DNA of 64,000 nucleotides, from positions 2,560,001 through 2,624,000 of the forward strand of contig OY759316.1 of the NCBI GenBank assembly GCA_963662275.1. The letters run 5' to 3'. A model generated the notes under the pieces. That model did no database searches. It was not told the origin of the DNA and saw only the letters and a list, made by a program, of their open reading frames with translations. A program made the position numbers and the translations under genes. Source of the stretch: Candidatus Cloacimonadales bacterium (GTDB lineage: Bacteria; Cloacimonadota; Cloacimonadia; Cloacimonadales; DAONDQ01). Of this stretch, positions 39,400 to 51,100 are shown one piece after another (the first letter of the stretch is position 1; each line of letters begins with the position of its first letter).

Positions 39400-40704
39400 A
39401 TGAAAGTAATCACGATCAGTTTTTGTCTGCTTCTACTAGTTTTTGGCTTATCAGCGTTAACTCAAGCAATTGATTTCAACAGTACAAGTGATTTATCGAC
39501 TTATTTTAATCCTGGACCTGACAATGATTTTACAAACATCAGTAATAATGGTATTGGTGATACCGGATGTGTGCAAGTCTCCTATTTAAATATGGGTGAG
39601 ACAAGAGTATATACTATGAAAACGGGATTGAATATTAACCAGATTGATACTCAATACACAATTAGTGCGTATTTTTATAATTCTTCCAATGGCGGTTATG
39701 CTGGTTTAGGTTTTTCCACTGCAAATTCAAACATTAGTGGACCTGCCTGTAAAATTACCTCTTCTCCTGCTGTTGGAATGCAATTTTACGGTTCTGGGGC
39801 TACCTTTTATAATAATTTGATTGGGCTTTACGGTGGTAGCTATTCTCCAGATATAGCCATGCCATCATGGTTTAGATTGCAGTATATTATCACTCCCAGG
39901 GGTGCTGGCTTATATGATGCAATGTATGTACTTCACCGATTTGATAATGCCGGGAACGTAATTTCATTAGTGTTTTCCCAAAGTACATCATTCACACATC
40001 TGACACTTGCAAATGGAATGGTATATCCATATTTTGCTATAGATGGTCATAGATTCGACTATATTGATAATTTTGGAGTAGCAACTCCTAATGATATCGA
40101 ATTACCTGTTACATTATCATCTTTCACAGCAACTGTTACTTCACAGATGTTAGTAAACCTGCAGTGGATTACGGAATCTGAAACCAATAACCTTGGCTTC
40201 AACATCTATCGTTCCAATAATTCCAACATCGAAAACGCTGTAAAACTGAACAGTGAGATTATTAACGGAACGAATACTACTACACAGCATAATTACAATT
40301 TCACTGATCCTGAAGTTGAAAATGGCTTAACCTATTATTATTGGATCGAAAGTGTTGATTTTAATAATGATTCGCATTTCAGTAATTATGCAACAGCTAC
40401 AGTCACTGGAGCGAATGTTCCTATTATTCCACAGGCAACCGCTTTGAAAAACGCCTCCCCGAATCCTTTCCAATCAAACAGCAATACCAAGATCGGATTT
40501 GATGTAAAGTCCGGTGAAATAGCGACTTTGACAATTTATAATATGCGCGGACAGGTAGTACAAAATTATACACGTTCAGAGGGAAGCCATGAAATTACTT
40601 GGAATGGACGTGATGCCCAGAATAAAGCATGCAGCGCTGGTGTTTATCTCTATAAGTTAAGTTCACCCAGTAGCTATGTTACAAAAAAGCTAATTCTTCA
40701 ATAA
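39400..40704 (+). CDS. secreted protein with LPVTLSSF module and T9SS-like CTD
   Basis: Signal peptide; ELPVTLSSFTA; PNPF...IYNMRGQ...GVYLYKL; strong AGGAGG RBS. Confidence 0.8.
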   Translation: MKVITISFCLLLLVFGLSALTQAIDFNSTSDLSTYFNPGPDNDFTNISNNGIGDTGCVQVSYLNMGETRVYTMKTGLNINQIDTQYTISAYFYNSSNGGYAGLGFSTANSNISGPACKITSSPAVGMQFYGSGATFYNNLIGLYGGSYSPDIAMPSWFRLQYIITPRGAGLYDAMYVLHRFDNAGNVISLVFSQSTSFTHLTLANGMVYPYFAIDGHRFDYIDNFGVATPNDIELPVTLSSFTATVTSQMLVNLQWITESETNNLGFNIYRSNNSNIENAVKLNSEIINGTNTTTQHNYNFTDPEVENGLTYYYWIESVDFNNDSHFSNYATATVTGANVPIIPQATALKNASPNPFQSNSNTKIGFDVKSGEIATLTIYNMRGQVVQNYTRSEGSHEITWNGRDAQNKACSAGVYLYKLSSPSSYVTKKLILQ

Positions 40705-40719
40705 CAAATTTCAATCATA

Positions 40720-40750
40720 AAAAGGGTAGGCGAAAGTCTACCCTTTCTCT
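40720..40750. terminator. bidirectional intrinsic terminator
   Basis: aaaagggtag-gcgaaagt-ctacccttt hairpin between convergent genes. Confidence 0.75.
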
Positions 40751-40779
40751 TTTACTGAAACGCTGAAAAGACAAATATT

Positions 40780-41811
40780 TCAGAACTGCAAATCACTTCT
40801 CCCAATGCTTTGCAGGGCTTTGTTGCAAATCTCAGGGAAGTTCTGGGGATTTTTCAATGTTTCAAACACAACATCCTTCCCAAAACAGTCATGGATAATA
40901 CCCCAAAGATCATTGCCGAAAGTATATAATCTGTAGTGTACTAATTTGGGTATATCCCCAAGCTTTTGATCTTTTGTCAGTGAATTTCTCCAATACTCGT
41001 CAATATGTTTCTCTAAATCTTCTAATGATTTAATTTCCTGTTGCCTGATTCTTCTAATAGTCTCTTTAAATTGTATCATCGTGTTATCAAAATCATTGTT
41101 TAGATACTTCCATGTAAAGCTATCCAATCCTATATTCTTAGGTCCGTCGTATATGGCTTTCGATAAGATACCTTCAGCATTATTACAATATTTAACTGCT
41201 AATCCCTCTCCGGATAAATACAAATAAAACATAGATTCGAGTGATAATGTATTGATATCCATTTCTTTAAAGATTACATTCCACCCAACATGATGCACTT
41301 CATGAGCAATTGTAGAATACAAATCCTTTGATGATTTCTCTTTGATCAGTTGAATGAAATCAAAATGCATTCCATTTCCATAAACATAGCCAAAACTAGG
41401 ACCTAATCCGATCGTAGAAATAAATCTCATTTCAGGGAGTTGGATATCGTCAGGTAAGCCTTTTAAAGCATAATTGATTTGCTCTTGAAAGATAGATTTC
41501 TTAAATATCTTGGGTAATTCTTTTTCCTTAGCATCATACAATTCCAAATTAGCCAATAAATATTGATAATATTTATGGTGCCACTTCAATCGTCCATTAC
41601 TAATATGATCCTCATCCAAGTTGGGTAAATCAAGAAAATATGAAATGAATTCTGCTTCAGATATTTTATTTTTGTATCGTGATAACTCAAACTGATAGTC
41701 TTCATGATTTAATAATTGACGAATTTCTTCCTCTTTTAAATCTCCAGTTTTCAGCTTATGACACAATTGAAGCATCTCAAGAATACTTGAATAACTTATA
41801 CTGAACTCCAT
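40780..41811 (-). CDS. putative Zn-dependent protease (DUF5700/DUF2268-like)
   Basis: IAHEVHH plus downstream EGLA. Confidence 0.65.
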   Translation of the reverse strand: MEFSISYSSILEMLQLCHKLKTGDLKEEEIRQLLNHEDYQFELSRYKNKISEAEFISYFLDLPNLDEDHISNGRLKWHHKYYQYLLANLELYDAKEKELPKIFKKSIFQEQINYALKGLPDDIQLPEMRFISTIGLGPSFGYVYGNGMHFDFIQLIKEKSSKDLYSTIAHEVHHVGWNVIFKEMDINTLSLESMFYLYLSGEGLAVKYCNNAEGILSKAIYDGPKNIGLDSFTWKYLNNDFDNTMIQFKETIRRIRQQEIKSLEDLEKHIDEYWRNSLTKDQKLGDIPKLVHYRLYTFGNDLWGIIHDCFGKDVVFETLKNPQNFPEICNKALQSIGRSDLQF

Positions 41812-41910
41812 ATCATTATCCTCCTCTGATAGCGATCATGCTAATAACATATCGATAAATAGCTTTCTCGTCAAGGACTTTCTGGGAATCATTTCCATAT
41901 CTGGAAATAT

Positions 41911-42759
41911 CTAGAAAATCAGGGATGTGATACTTTCTTTTTTGAAGCCAACTGATTCATAGAGTGCAACAGCAGGCTTTGCAGAGTAGTAGACATGAAG
42001 ATAGATAGGATTTGTATTGCATCTTTGCAAGTACCGCAGTATTAGCTCTTTGCCGATTCCTTTACCAACATGGTCGGGATGAACACACATGCAAAATAGG
42101 TAGTTTTTAATATCACCAATTACTAAGCCATTACAGCTTCCTATGATTTCACCTTTAAGCCTGCAAATCTCAGTTATTTTGGGATGCGGTACTTCTTTAA
42201 AATTCATAATTTGCGTCTTCCAATTACTACTCATATAAGGTTTATCCTGGTAAAAGCACTTCTGATGAAATTCTATCAATTCTTCATAATTCGTTATCTC
42301 ATTTTCCCAAGTAAGTCCCTTATTCTGAAATTGTATTTTTGATTCATTTTCACGATATTCTCTGCAATACTTGATTGTATAGTCCTGTATTTTGATAAAA
42401 TCCCTCAGCAATGATGTCAAATCCATACTGTCGAATTTCTTCATGATGACAATATAAGAAATCTGTTTGTCCGTATTTTTGAGGTATTGGATATGTTCTG
42501 CAAAGTCACATACATCTTTTTCAGTTAGGCAGGCATTGATATAGTAATATAGAAAGATGACACTATTTTTTACCTTGAAGTAATAGAAACCCATTACAAG
42601 TGCCTGCTTTTGAAGAATAAACAACTTCTCTTCAGTATTGATGATTTCTATAATTTCTTCTTGATAATCTGTTTTTGAAAAAGAGGAGGTAACCAGGGAG
42701 GCTTCATTTGCAGCAAGGTCTTTCAAAGGGGTGATCTTAATCATAGCAATTTCTACCAT
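41911..42759 (-). CDS. GNAT family N-acetyltransferase
   Basis: VHPDHVGKGIGK (motif A); AVALYESVGF. Confidence 0.8.
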   Translation of the reverse strand: MVEIAMIKITPLKDLAANEASLVTSSFSKTDYQEEIIEIINTEEKLFILQKQALVMGFYYFKVKNSVIFLYYYINACLTEKDVCDFAEHIQYLKNTDKQISYIVIMKKFDSMDLTSLLRDFIKIQDYTIKYCREYRENESKIQFQNKGLTWENEITNYEELIEFHQKCFYQDKPYMSSNWKTQIMNFKEVPHPKITEICRLKGEIIGSCNGLVIGDIKNYLFCMCVHPDHVGKGIGKELILRYLQRCNTNPIYLHVYYSAKPAVALYESVGFKKESITSLIF

Positions 42760-42927
42760 CGTAACTCCTCATCTATAACTGATACTGATTTAAGAGGCAA
42801 ATCATTATTTTATTCTTTATTTAATGATTTTTTATTGTCAAATTTTATTAATTATTCCGTTTTGATTTTTTTGAAACGCTCAAGCTTAATATATTGTTTG
42901 TAAATACGCTTTTATGAAGGAGCCTAT

Positions 42928-44154
42928 ATGTCATCTGAAATGATCTTGAAGATAACATCCTGTCTAGATGAACTTTGTACAAAATACCCCGACAGATCTG
43001 TTGGCAGTGCCGGTAATCATCATGCGACACGTCTCTTTCGTAAAATAGCATCAGAGTTGGGTTTCCACGTTGAAGAACAAGCCTTTGATTGTCTGGATTG
43101 GCAGGATGGTGAAGTTATTCTTCAATGTGAAAAAAATAATTTCAATGCTTATGCTTCTTCTTATTCAAATGGCTGTAACATAGTTACTGAACTCGTTGAA
43201 GCAGATACAATTGAAAAGCTGGAATTGCTAAATTGTGAGGGCAAGATTCTATTCCTGCATGGAGAACTAACTATCTCCCCCATTATGCCTAAGAATTTCG
43301 TGTTCTATAACCCTGAAGAACATCAGAATCTCATCGCTCTGCTGGAATCAAAAGAGCCTGCAGCTATCATCACTGCTTCCGGGAGTTGCCCTGAGTTGAC
43401 TGGTGCCATCTATCCCTTCCCCGTTTTTGAGGATGGTGATTTTGATATTCCATCCGTATTCATGACTGATACAGAGGGAAACAAACTTTTACCCTATGCA
43501 GGACAGAACTTCATATTGAAATCACATGCCTGTCGCAAGAAAACAAAGGCTAAGCATATCGTTGCCGGAAAAGGAAATCCTAATGCCGGTAAAATTGTCA
43601 TCAGTGCGCATATCGATACAAAGAAGGGCACACCGGGTGCTTTGGATAACGCAGGCGGGGTTATCGTTCTTCTCATCCTAATGGAATTGCTTAAAGATTA
43701 TGATGGAAATTTTCAATTGGAATTTGTACCTTTCAATGGTGAAGATTATTATGGTGTTCCAAGCCAAATGCTCTATCTCATCGATAATCAGGATGCATTG
43801 GATAAAATAGCAATGAATATCAATCTTGATGCAGCAGGTTTGATTGGTGAACGAACGGGTATCTCCTATTACGATGTTAGGGATGAATTGAAAAGAAAAG
43901 CTGAATCTATCTTCTCAGATGAAACGCACTATGTTGAAGCTGAACAGTGGTACCAGGGCGATCACATGATCTTTGTGATGAATGATGTTCCTGCCATTGC
44001 CATATCGACTGAGAATATTATGAAAGTCCTATCTGAAGTGGCTCACACAAAAAAGGATATACCCGGACTAGTTGATCCTGCAATTCTGTTGGATATTGCT
44101 TTGAAACTGAAAGAGCTGATTACAGCTTTAACGCGATCAAATGATAGCAATTAA
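42928..44154 (+). CDS. M28 family aminopeptidase with PA domain
   Basis: SAHIDT, GALDNAGGV, FNGED, NINLD, GDH, HT..D. Confidence 0.85.
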   Translation: MSSEMILKITSCLDELCTKYPDRSVGSAGNHHATRLFRKIASELGFHVEEQAFDCLDWQDGEVILQCEKNNFNAYASSYSNGCNIVTELVEADTIEKLELLNCEGKILFLHGELTISPIMPKNFVFYNPEEHQNLIALLESKEPAAIITASGSCPELTGAIYPFPVFEDGDFDIPSVFMTDTEGNKLLPYAGQNFILKSHACRKKTKAKHIVAGKGNPNAGKIVISAHIDTKKGTPGALDNAGGVIVLLILMELLKDYDGNFQLEFVPFNGEDYYGVPSQMLYLIDNQDALDKIAMNINLDAAGLIGERTGISYYDVRDELKRKAESIFSDETHYVEAEQWYQGDHMIFVMNDVPAIAISTENIMKVLSEVAHTKKDIPGLVDPAILLDIALKLKELITALTRSNDSN

Positions 44155-44200
44155 ACGTTAAAAAATCGAGATGTCTTCGACAAAAAGAATGATTATTTTC

Positions 44201-45373
44201 TTATTTCAACAGCAGCATCTTCCTGATATTGGTATTCTTACTATCGACTTTCAATCTGCAGAAATAAAGACCGCTGCAGACACACTTGCCTTCCTCATCT
44301 AATCCTCCCCAAAGAAGATTGTGCGTGCCTGCAGCGTATGACATATCTGTTAATGTTTTCACTTTCTGTCCTTTCATATTATAGATTGTAATTTCAACTT
44401 GAGATTTGTTAGTTACATTAAAGCTAACAGTCGTCTCTGGATTGAAAGGATTTGGGTAATTGGTTAGCTGATCATGAGTAGTGAAAACACTCGTCTGATC
44501 ATCGATTCCTGTTGCCAGGGATACTCTTACCCAGTCACCTGCGATATAGTAAGTTAACAGAATGGAATGGTCTCTTGAATCATACGTGGGATATACGAAG
44601 TGATTTCCGGCAAAGATCAATGTCGGAGCTGAAGAGAAATTGGCATCTTCCCGATATAATCCTAATAGATAATAACCAGCGATATAGTAAGTACCATCTA
44701 CATCCCTGACGATACCGTCAGGATTGTTAAGTGTGGTTGTTGCTAGTGTTGTAAATGTGGAATCGGAAAGACTCACTGCATAAATATGACTATTATAAGC
44801 ATCACTGATGACAACAATGCGGTTGTTCTCTCTTTCCAGTAAAATGCCATTGGGTTTCACCAAACTATCGTTCGCCACGAAAGTCCAGTAAGAGTGATCA
44901 CTGATTCTATACTTGTAAATTGTATTCAGGCTTGGACACGAGATGAAGAGATGCCCCAATGAATCGGAAGCAATACTTGATAAATACTTTGTACTTTCTC
45001 CAGCAAAAGTGAAATTTAAAATCTGTTCATCTGTATTCAGATCATAGGCTATTAATTTACGTCCATTCCCAATCCCAAAGACAGTATCTCCCACGATTTC
45101 CATCCCATCAACAAAACCCGCATCCTGATCTAAATAAGTTTGATTTCCATCACTATCTATCTGTACTAGCGCTCCACCTCTTCCATTGGAAACCAATAAG
45201 CGATTACGAACAGCATCGATAACAATCTTTTGAGGGTGACTGAGTAGATTTTGAGCCTGACTGAGTTGAGGAATTGTTAAGCAGATTAAGACGAAAATTA
45301 GCGTAATCATAGGTTTCATATTTAGAATTTTTTGTATCTTTTCCGAACCTTGAACATCTTTCTTTTTCTTCAC
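44201..45373 (-). CDS. secreted beta-propeller (SMP-30/gluconolactonase-like) protein with T9SS-like CTD
   Basis: PNGI/PDGI propeller repeats; NYPNPFNP...RKMLLLK. Confidence 0.7.
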   Translation of the reverse strand: MKKKKDVQGSEKIQKILNMKPMITLIFVLICLTIPQLSQAQNLLSHPQKIVIDAVRNRLLVSNGRGGALVQIDSDGNQTYLDQDAGFVDGMEIVGDTVFGIGNGRKLIAYDLNTDEQILNFTFAGESTKYLSSIASDSLGHLFISCPSLNTIYKYRISDHSYWTFVANDSLVKPNGILLERENNRIVVISDAYNSHIYAVSLSDSTFTTLATTTLNNPDGIVRDVDGTYYIAGYYLLGLYREDANFSSAPTLIFAGNHFVYPTYDSRDHSILLTYYIAGDWVRVSLATGIDDQTSVFTTHDQLTNYPNPFNPETTVSFNVTNKSQVEITIYNMKGQKVKTLTDMSYAAGTHNLLWGGLDEEGKCVCSGLYFCRLKVDSKNTNIRKMLLLK

Positions 45374-45401
45374 GCTTTGACTCCTTGCTTCCTGTTGAGA
45401 T

Positions 45402-46043
45402 TCAATTATTTTTAATCGCTGACATGAATAGATCTAAATACTGATAATAGAATTTCTCTTCATCAAAAACATCCTGGATTTGCTTGGTCTTTTCCGGACT
45501 GAAAGCTACATTCAGGATTGTCCTTAAAGTATATGCAAAGTACTTATCCAGGTAACCAGCATCAATGTTACCCCGTATGCTGTGATCCTGAATTCCTAAT
45601 TCAAATGCATCCCTAACAATGGCAATGATCCTATCGAGAAGATGGTCGAATTGATCATAAAGCTCCAACTCTATTTTACTCTTATCCAGTGAGTTGTAAT
45701 CTTCATACAGATGCAGCTTGAAGTATCCCTGGTTCTGTTTATAGAAGTGATAATACTCTTCACCAAAAGCATAGATTTTAGCATAGCCCGTGCTCTTTCT
45801 ATTCATTTTCTGGCTTAGTAATTCATATCTGCTTCTCATTCCCTCCAAGTGAATATGCATGAAGAGTTCTTCCTTGCTTTTTACGTAAGTGTAGAGTGTT
45901 GATTTGCTGAAACCTGCTGTTAAGGCAACTTCATCAATGGATGTATTTTCGTATCCTTTCTCAAAAAACAGCCTCTTTGCTACTTCGATAATAAAGTCTC
46001 TTTTCAGTTCTGCTTGTCTTTCTTTCAAACTTAACTGTTCCAT
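45402..46043 (-). CDS. TetR/AcrR family transcriptional regulator
   Basis: LFFEKGYENTSIDEVA..AGFSKSTLYTY.KSKEEL HTH; ATG 46043 with GAGG RBS. Confidence 0.9.
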   Translation of the reverse strand: MEQLSLKERQAELKRDFIIEVAKRLFFEKGYENTSIDEVALTAGFSKSTLYTYVKSKEELFMHIHLEGMRSRYELLSQKMNRKSTGYAKIYAFGEEYYHFYKQNQGYFKLHLYEDYNSLDKSKIELELYDQFDHLLDRIIAIVRDAFELGIQDHSIRGNIDAGYLDKYFAYTLRTILNVAFSPEKTKQIQDVFDEEKFYYQYLDLFMSAIKNN

Positions 46044-46082
46044 AATACCTCTATTTTGTGAAATACTACTTACAGTTCTATA

Positions 46083-46108
46083 AATCGTACTCACGGTACG
46101 ATTGTCAA
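46083..46108 (-). promoter_or_regulatory. candidate TetR operator overlapping a TTGACA -35 box
   Basis: Perfect IR AATCGTAC-N5-GTACGATT (46083-46103) abutting TTGACA on the minus strand (46103-46108). Confidence 0.6.
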
Positions 46109-46253
46109 GGGAATACTTGTAAAATATGTTTATGTTTCAAAAGTAGGAAATCATAATAATAAAAATTGACATCATAATAACAAATACAGTTTTTGTTAAA
46201 GTAATAGATAAATTTTGTTTATCGCTTTTGGGAAAATGAATAAGGGTGGGTAA

Positions 46254-48134
46254 ATGGCAGATACTTTAATTGATTCAGTATTATTGGATTTTTTTCTAAC
46301 ATCATCAGATCCCATTATTCCAATGGATAATGTCCATTTGATAAACGAATTCCTGTCAGCAAGCGATAATGAAGAAAAAACGGAATTAGCACAACGTTTA
46401 ATGATTCAAACCATACGTAACCTCGGTTTTGAAACACGCTGTATTGAAAGAATCCTACAGGGATATATCACTTCACTTTTAAAAGTAGATTACGGGTTCC
46501 GCTGGATAACAAAAGACTATCGTTCTCATTTTCTGCATTCAGTCTATAATTATCTTACAGGTTTGTATTTAATGCGACATGATTTTCTCGGGAATATTCT
46601 TTTCTCTAAAATTGATTTTGAAGCTCTCGACAATATTTATACAAGTCCATCTTCTGAGTTACTACATTCATATCCTCGATGTGATTATGAAAAATTCCAC
46701 AAGCGTTGGGCGATTGCAGCATTTTTCCATGATATTTCATATTTATCCCAAATTAGCTACAATGCAATGAATAAGGAAGCTAAGCACAATTTTCAAACGG
46801 ATAATCAAGTGTTTTCTGTAAGTTTACCACATTTTGAAGATAATGTCCATATTGATGAGACATCGCAAATTAAACATCACTTAAGTGCATTAGTGAACTT
46901 AATTCCTCCATATTTGTTACAACATAATGCCCTCGATATTATTAGCAGTCGTATAGCAGGCAGGCTCGGGACATTCGAAAATGCAGATATCAGGAGATCT
47001 TTAAAAAGAATAATTAAAGAGAATTTTAAAGGAGAATATGGATCACACGATATTTTAAGCGGTCTGTTTGCAATTAAGAAATATTACTATGAATTAAATT
47101 CATATTTTAATAGTACAGAAAATCCGATAACTAGTACAGAAAAAATACAAATCATTCAAGAAATGAAGGATTTTACAGATGCAATCAGCAATGCAGCTCT
47201 TCATCATTATGATAAATATACAGTCGGAATTTTCGAACCAACCAAAAAAGAAAAGATTTCCTGGAAAACATTACCATTATTGTATTTACTGATTCTTGTA
47301 GATGAATTACAGATCTGGAATAGAGAATTAGTATGCGAATTCAAACCAATTGTTTATTATGATCTACAAATAAATGATACTGCATTAAGTGATTGGTTTA
47401 AGGATAATTGGACAAATATGCTCCTGCGTTTTGTTCAATCATATCAAAATATTGACACTACAAAGTCAATGACCTTGGAAATACCTTTTACGAAAAATAT
47501 GCTTAAGCAAATAGATTCATTGAGAAGATTAGGTACACATGATCAATGCAAGATTACTAACCTAATTGAAAATTCTAATTATTCTTATAAAATTTATAAT
47601 GGGAAACTATCAATATCTTTTGTAGTTTGTCCAGTATTAGCACAATTAGAGAATGTGATTAATTTTGAATTATCGAATTATGAAGTTTTACGAATTAAGA
47701 GTGTTCTCGAATCCAGTTGGAAAGAATTTAGTGCAAATCATCAGACATATTCACTTTTCATGGAATATCTGATGCTTTTTGAAGATTTGCTTGAGGAGAA
47801 TAATACCAATAAGGCTTATTCTATTAATAAAAACAATCTAATCAATAAATATCTCGTTAAATCTGACAAATTATATACACAATTAATTTCCTCAGATCAA
47901 CTGTGGATACCTATCGAATGCATAACTTTCAATCATATGAGCAGCTTTGATTCTTCCCATTTAGAGCAATTAGAATTAATGTATGATGGTAAAACTACAC
48001 AAAATATACAATCAATCATGGATCATTGTCTCAATGATTTTAAAAAACATATATCAATTAAAGGAATAAATAACCAGGCTCTTATTCATATCGTAGGTAA
48101 GATAAGAAACATTATTCAAAATTTTATAGCATAA
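46254..48134 (+). CDS. HD-domain protein (metal-dependent phosphohydrolase fold) with unknown C-terminal region
   Basis: RSHFLHS...FFHDISY...SHDILS...LHH...LLILVDELQIWNR pattern. Confidence 0.7.
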   Translation: MADTLIDSVLLDFFLTSSDPIIPMDNVHLINEFLSASDNEEKTELAQRLMIQTIRNLGFETRCIERILQGYITSLLKVDYGFRWITKDYRSHFLHSVYNYLTGLYLMRHDFLGNILFSKIDFEALDNIYTSPSSELLHSYPRCDYEKFHKRWAIAAFFHDISYLSQISYNAMNKEAKHNFQTDNQVFSVSLPHFEDNVHIDETSQIKHHLSALVNLIPPYLLQHNALDIISSRIAGRLGTFENADIRRSLKRIIKENFKGEYGSHDILSGLFAIKKYYYELNSYFNSTENPITSTEKIQIIQEMKDFTDAISNAALHHYDKYTVGIFEPTKKEKISWKTLPLLYLLILVDELQIWNRELVCEFKPIVYYDLQINDTALSDWFKDNWTNMLLRFVQSYQNIDTTKSMTLEIPFTKNMLKQIDSLRRLGTHDQCKITNLIENSNYSYKIYNGKLSISFVVCPVLAQLENVINFELSNYEVLRIKSVLESSWKEFSANHQTYSLFMEYLMLFEDLLEENNTNKAYSINKNNLINKYLVKSDKLYTQLISSDQLWIPIECITFNHMSSFDSSHLEQLELMYDGKTTQNIQSIMDHCLNDFKKHISIKGINNQALIHIVGKIRNIIQNFIA

Positions 48135-48149
48135 TTATAGGAGGATAGC

Positions 48150-51100
48150 ATGGGAACTACGAAAATCTTGAAATATAATCAGGAAAGTATAAATTTTCTG
48201 AGAAGCTTGGAAGAGCATGTAAACAAAGCATATACTACTGACAGAAACTCTACAGCGAAGGAAAATACAGGAAAAATCAAGGAACTTCAAAGAAGACATG
48301 TTGGTTGGACTATGATTTCTTTTGAAGACGATTTTGTTACTAAACTTACTGAAATTCGATTAAATCAGGCAGAAACTAATAATGAAGAGGAAAAAATAAT
48401 TAATGAAATTGATCAATATCTATTGATGCTCTCGCTGTTAGATAATATCTTTTATGGCTATCCTTCTGAAAGATCAATGGAAGATTGTAATGGCAAGCCA
48501 ATTAATAATCACCTAAATAATTGGGTAAGAACATTTTATCATCTTACGCTCATAAATAACAAGGCAGGAGATGATGTAGATAAAAAAAAGGCACACGCAT
48601 ATGAAATTCAAATTTTAATCAAGGATTTTATATCTATACCAAAGGATTTTGCCAGTTCCTATTTTGGGTACGATACCGGGATATCAGGTTTAAACCAACT
48701 CTTGATGGGTGGTTTTCTACTCCCTGAGGACAGTACTGCAATGATAACAGTAGATGGTGAGTCTGGTGTTGGTAAAACAACTTTTGTGGTAAATTTAGTC
48801 TGTGCTATTCTGAAAAATTGTGGAGATACTGTTTTTAAACACAATAGAGATACAATAATACACAAACATGCTGAAAGACTTCCCATATTCATCGATTACT
48901 TCATATTAGAACAGTCTTATAATAATATTAAACGATGCATAACCAACTTTAACTTACTACCCATTCTGAAAGATACCCATGACGTGGTAACAGCAAATCC
49001 AATTGATCCAAAGGATACTGTTTATTATGCTGAAGAACTTGATGGTCTTCTTAATATTTGCCAGAAAAACTCAAGAAAACTTGTTATGTCAATTCACCCT
49101 GTCCCTATGTGTTCTGCCGCAGATTTACTTCAACAGGTTCAAAAATGTGAAGAACCTTTTCAAGCAAAAAGCGTACTTGAAGATAGACACATCATTGTAA
49201 TCGATTCAATCAATGCAGTTTTGGATATGGATATTGAGCAATCTAAATGGCGACAGGTATTACAGGCATTACGCTCTATACTTGGTGGAAAGAAATCTAA
49301 ATGCCCAAATGAAGGAAAAAATAAAAAAGAAAACAATACAATATTGATCCTAACTCAAGAAAAAGACCCTTCCAAAAAGGATACAATGGTTGAGTATTTC
49401 TGCGATGTCGTCATGGGGTTTGAAAAGAAAAATATCAACGGTGAATACCTTCGATATATTGAATTGATCGAAAGCCGTTTTCAGGATATGTGTTTCGGAA
49501 GACATCCCTTCCATTTTTCAACTAAAGGGCAAGCTTCCTTTGGGATCTACCCTTCAGCCTCTGCTTTAATGGAATTAATTCCCAACCAATTAAAACAGAT
49601 TCAGCCAGATAAAAAAACACTTGAGTTTGGAATAAAAATCGATGGAATCCTGAAATTCTTTGTGAATACCCATTTGAAGAATAGCGGCATGAAACCATAT
49701 TTTCTTAAGAATTCAGTCAGTAATCTCAATGGCGAAAAAGGATGTAATAAATCTGCATTTTCAAAGTTCTTTACACTAAGTTCATATCGGGATGAAAGAT
49801 GGATATCCATGTCTGAAAGAGCATTTGAAAATGATCTTTACGAAACAGAAGTTACAGATAAGGAGTGCTATCATGAAATGAATTATTCTGAAAAAGAAGC
49901 TGACAAAATATGGAATGAAATAAAAGAAATGAAACCATATCCAAAATCTTATAACCCTGCAAATCCTTCGGAAACTGAAAAGCATTGTAATCCGATAGAT
50001 AAAGCAATCGGGATGATTGTAAAATTTGGGGAAAACTATGAAGAAAATGAACATGATGTGGTTATTGATGCACCTTGGGGAAAAGTAATCATACCAGCAA
50101 ATGCATTAAAAGTAGAACCTAAATTCTGGGGGAGAGTATCAGATGTTATTTGTCATTTTGAAGTAAAAAATTTCTCTGAAGAATACTATCTTGAACAAAT
50201 CATGGATGTCATTCGTGCAATAGAATCATATCATGTATATGAAGAAATCCCTAAAACTTTTGAGAACTTGCTTAGAAGAATGAAATTATCAAGGATATTG
50301 TGGGAGAAGACTAGTTTACGAGAACCAGAAGTAGAAGCAACTCCTAATAATGTGGAATTTAGCCCATCGTTTGCTATTTATAAAGATAAGGACTACATTA
50401 ATGATAATTCTAATGTTAAAGTAGAAGATAGGAATATCTACAATTCATCTATTTTCTTCTATCATGAATCATTACCAATCAAAGTAAGAAGGTTGGTGTT
50501 GGATAATACAGAAAACCTGATCGATATTTTCAAGCAAATCGATGCCCAGGATTTTATCACAACCATTACTCATTTCGGTTTGGCAAAGGGAATTACGATC
50601 TTAATTGTCAATCAAGTCGGTAGGGGATCTCGCAATCAGATCAATGACATTTGCAATGCCATTGCTGATAATATTTTTGAATTCCAGAGAGAATACTTTT
50701 GCGGAGGCTGGTATTCAGTACTTCATATCAAGCGATCATCAAACAGTTGGCATAATCGAATGTACTATAACATTTATAAAAGGCACGATGAGCTTTTGGA
50801 ATTGCAGGATACATTTTCCTTTATATCAAGTTTTCATAATGAACTGAAGGAGTTAATACCAATTCGTCTATTTCTCCCTGGAAAATCACAAGCTGAAATT
50901 GATATGTATGCGAATCTATCTATTGCCTTAAATCCTTCAAATAGAGATTTTCCAGATATGAATTATAGTATTGAAAGAGATAAGAGATTACCATATAAGG
51001 ATTCACACGAACAGTGGCATACATATCTGAAAGAAATGATCATCTACAGTATGACACATCCGCAAGTGGAAGTAATTAAGGCAAGTGATCCATTTACGGA

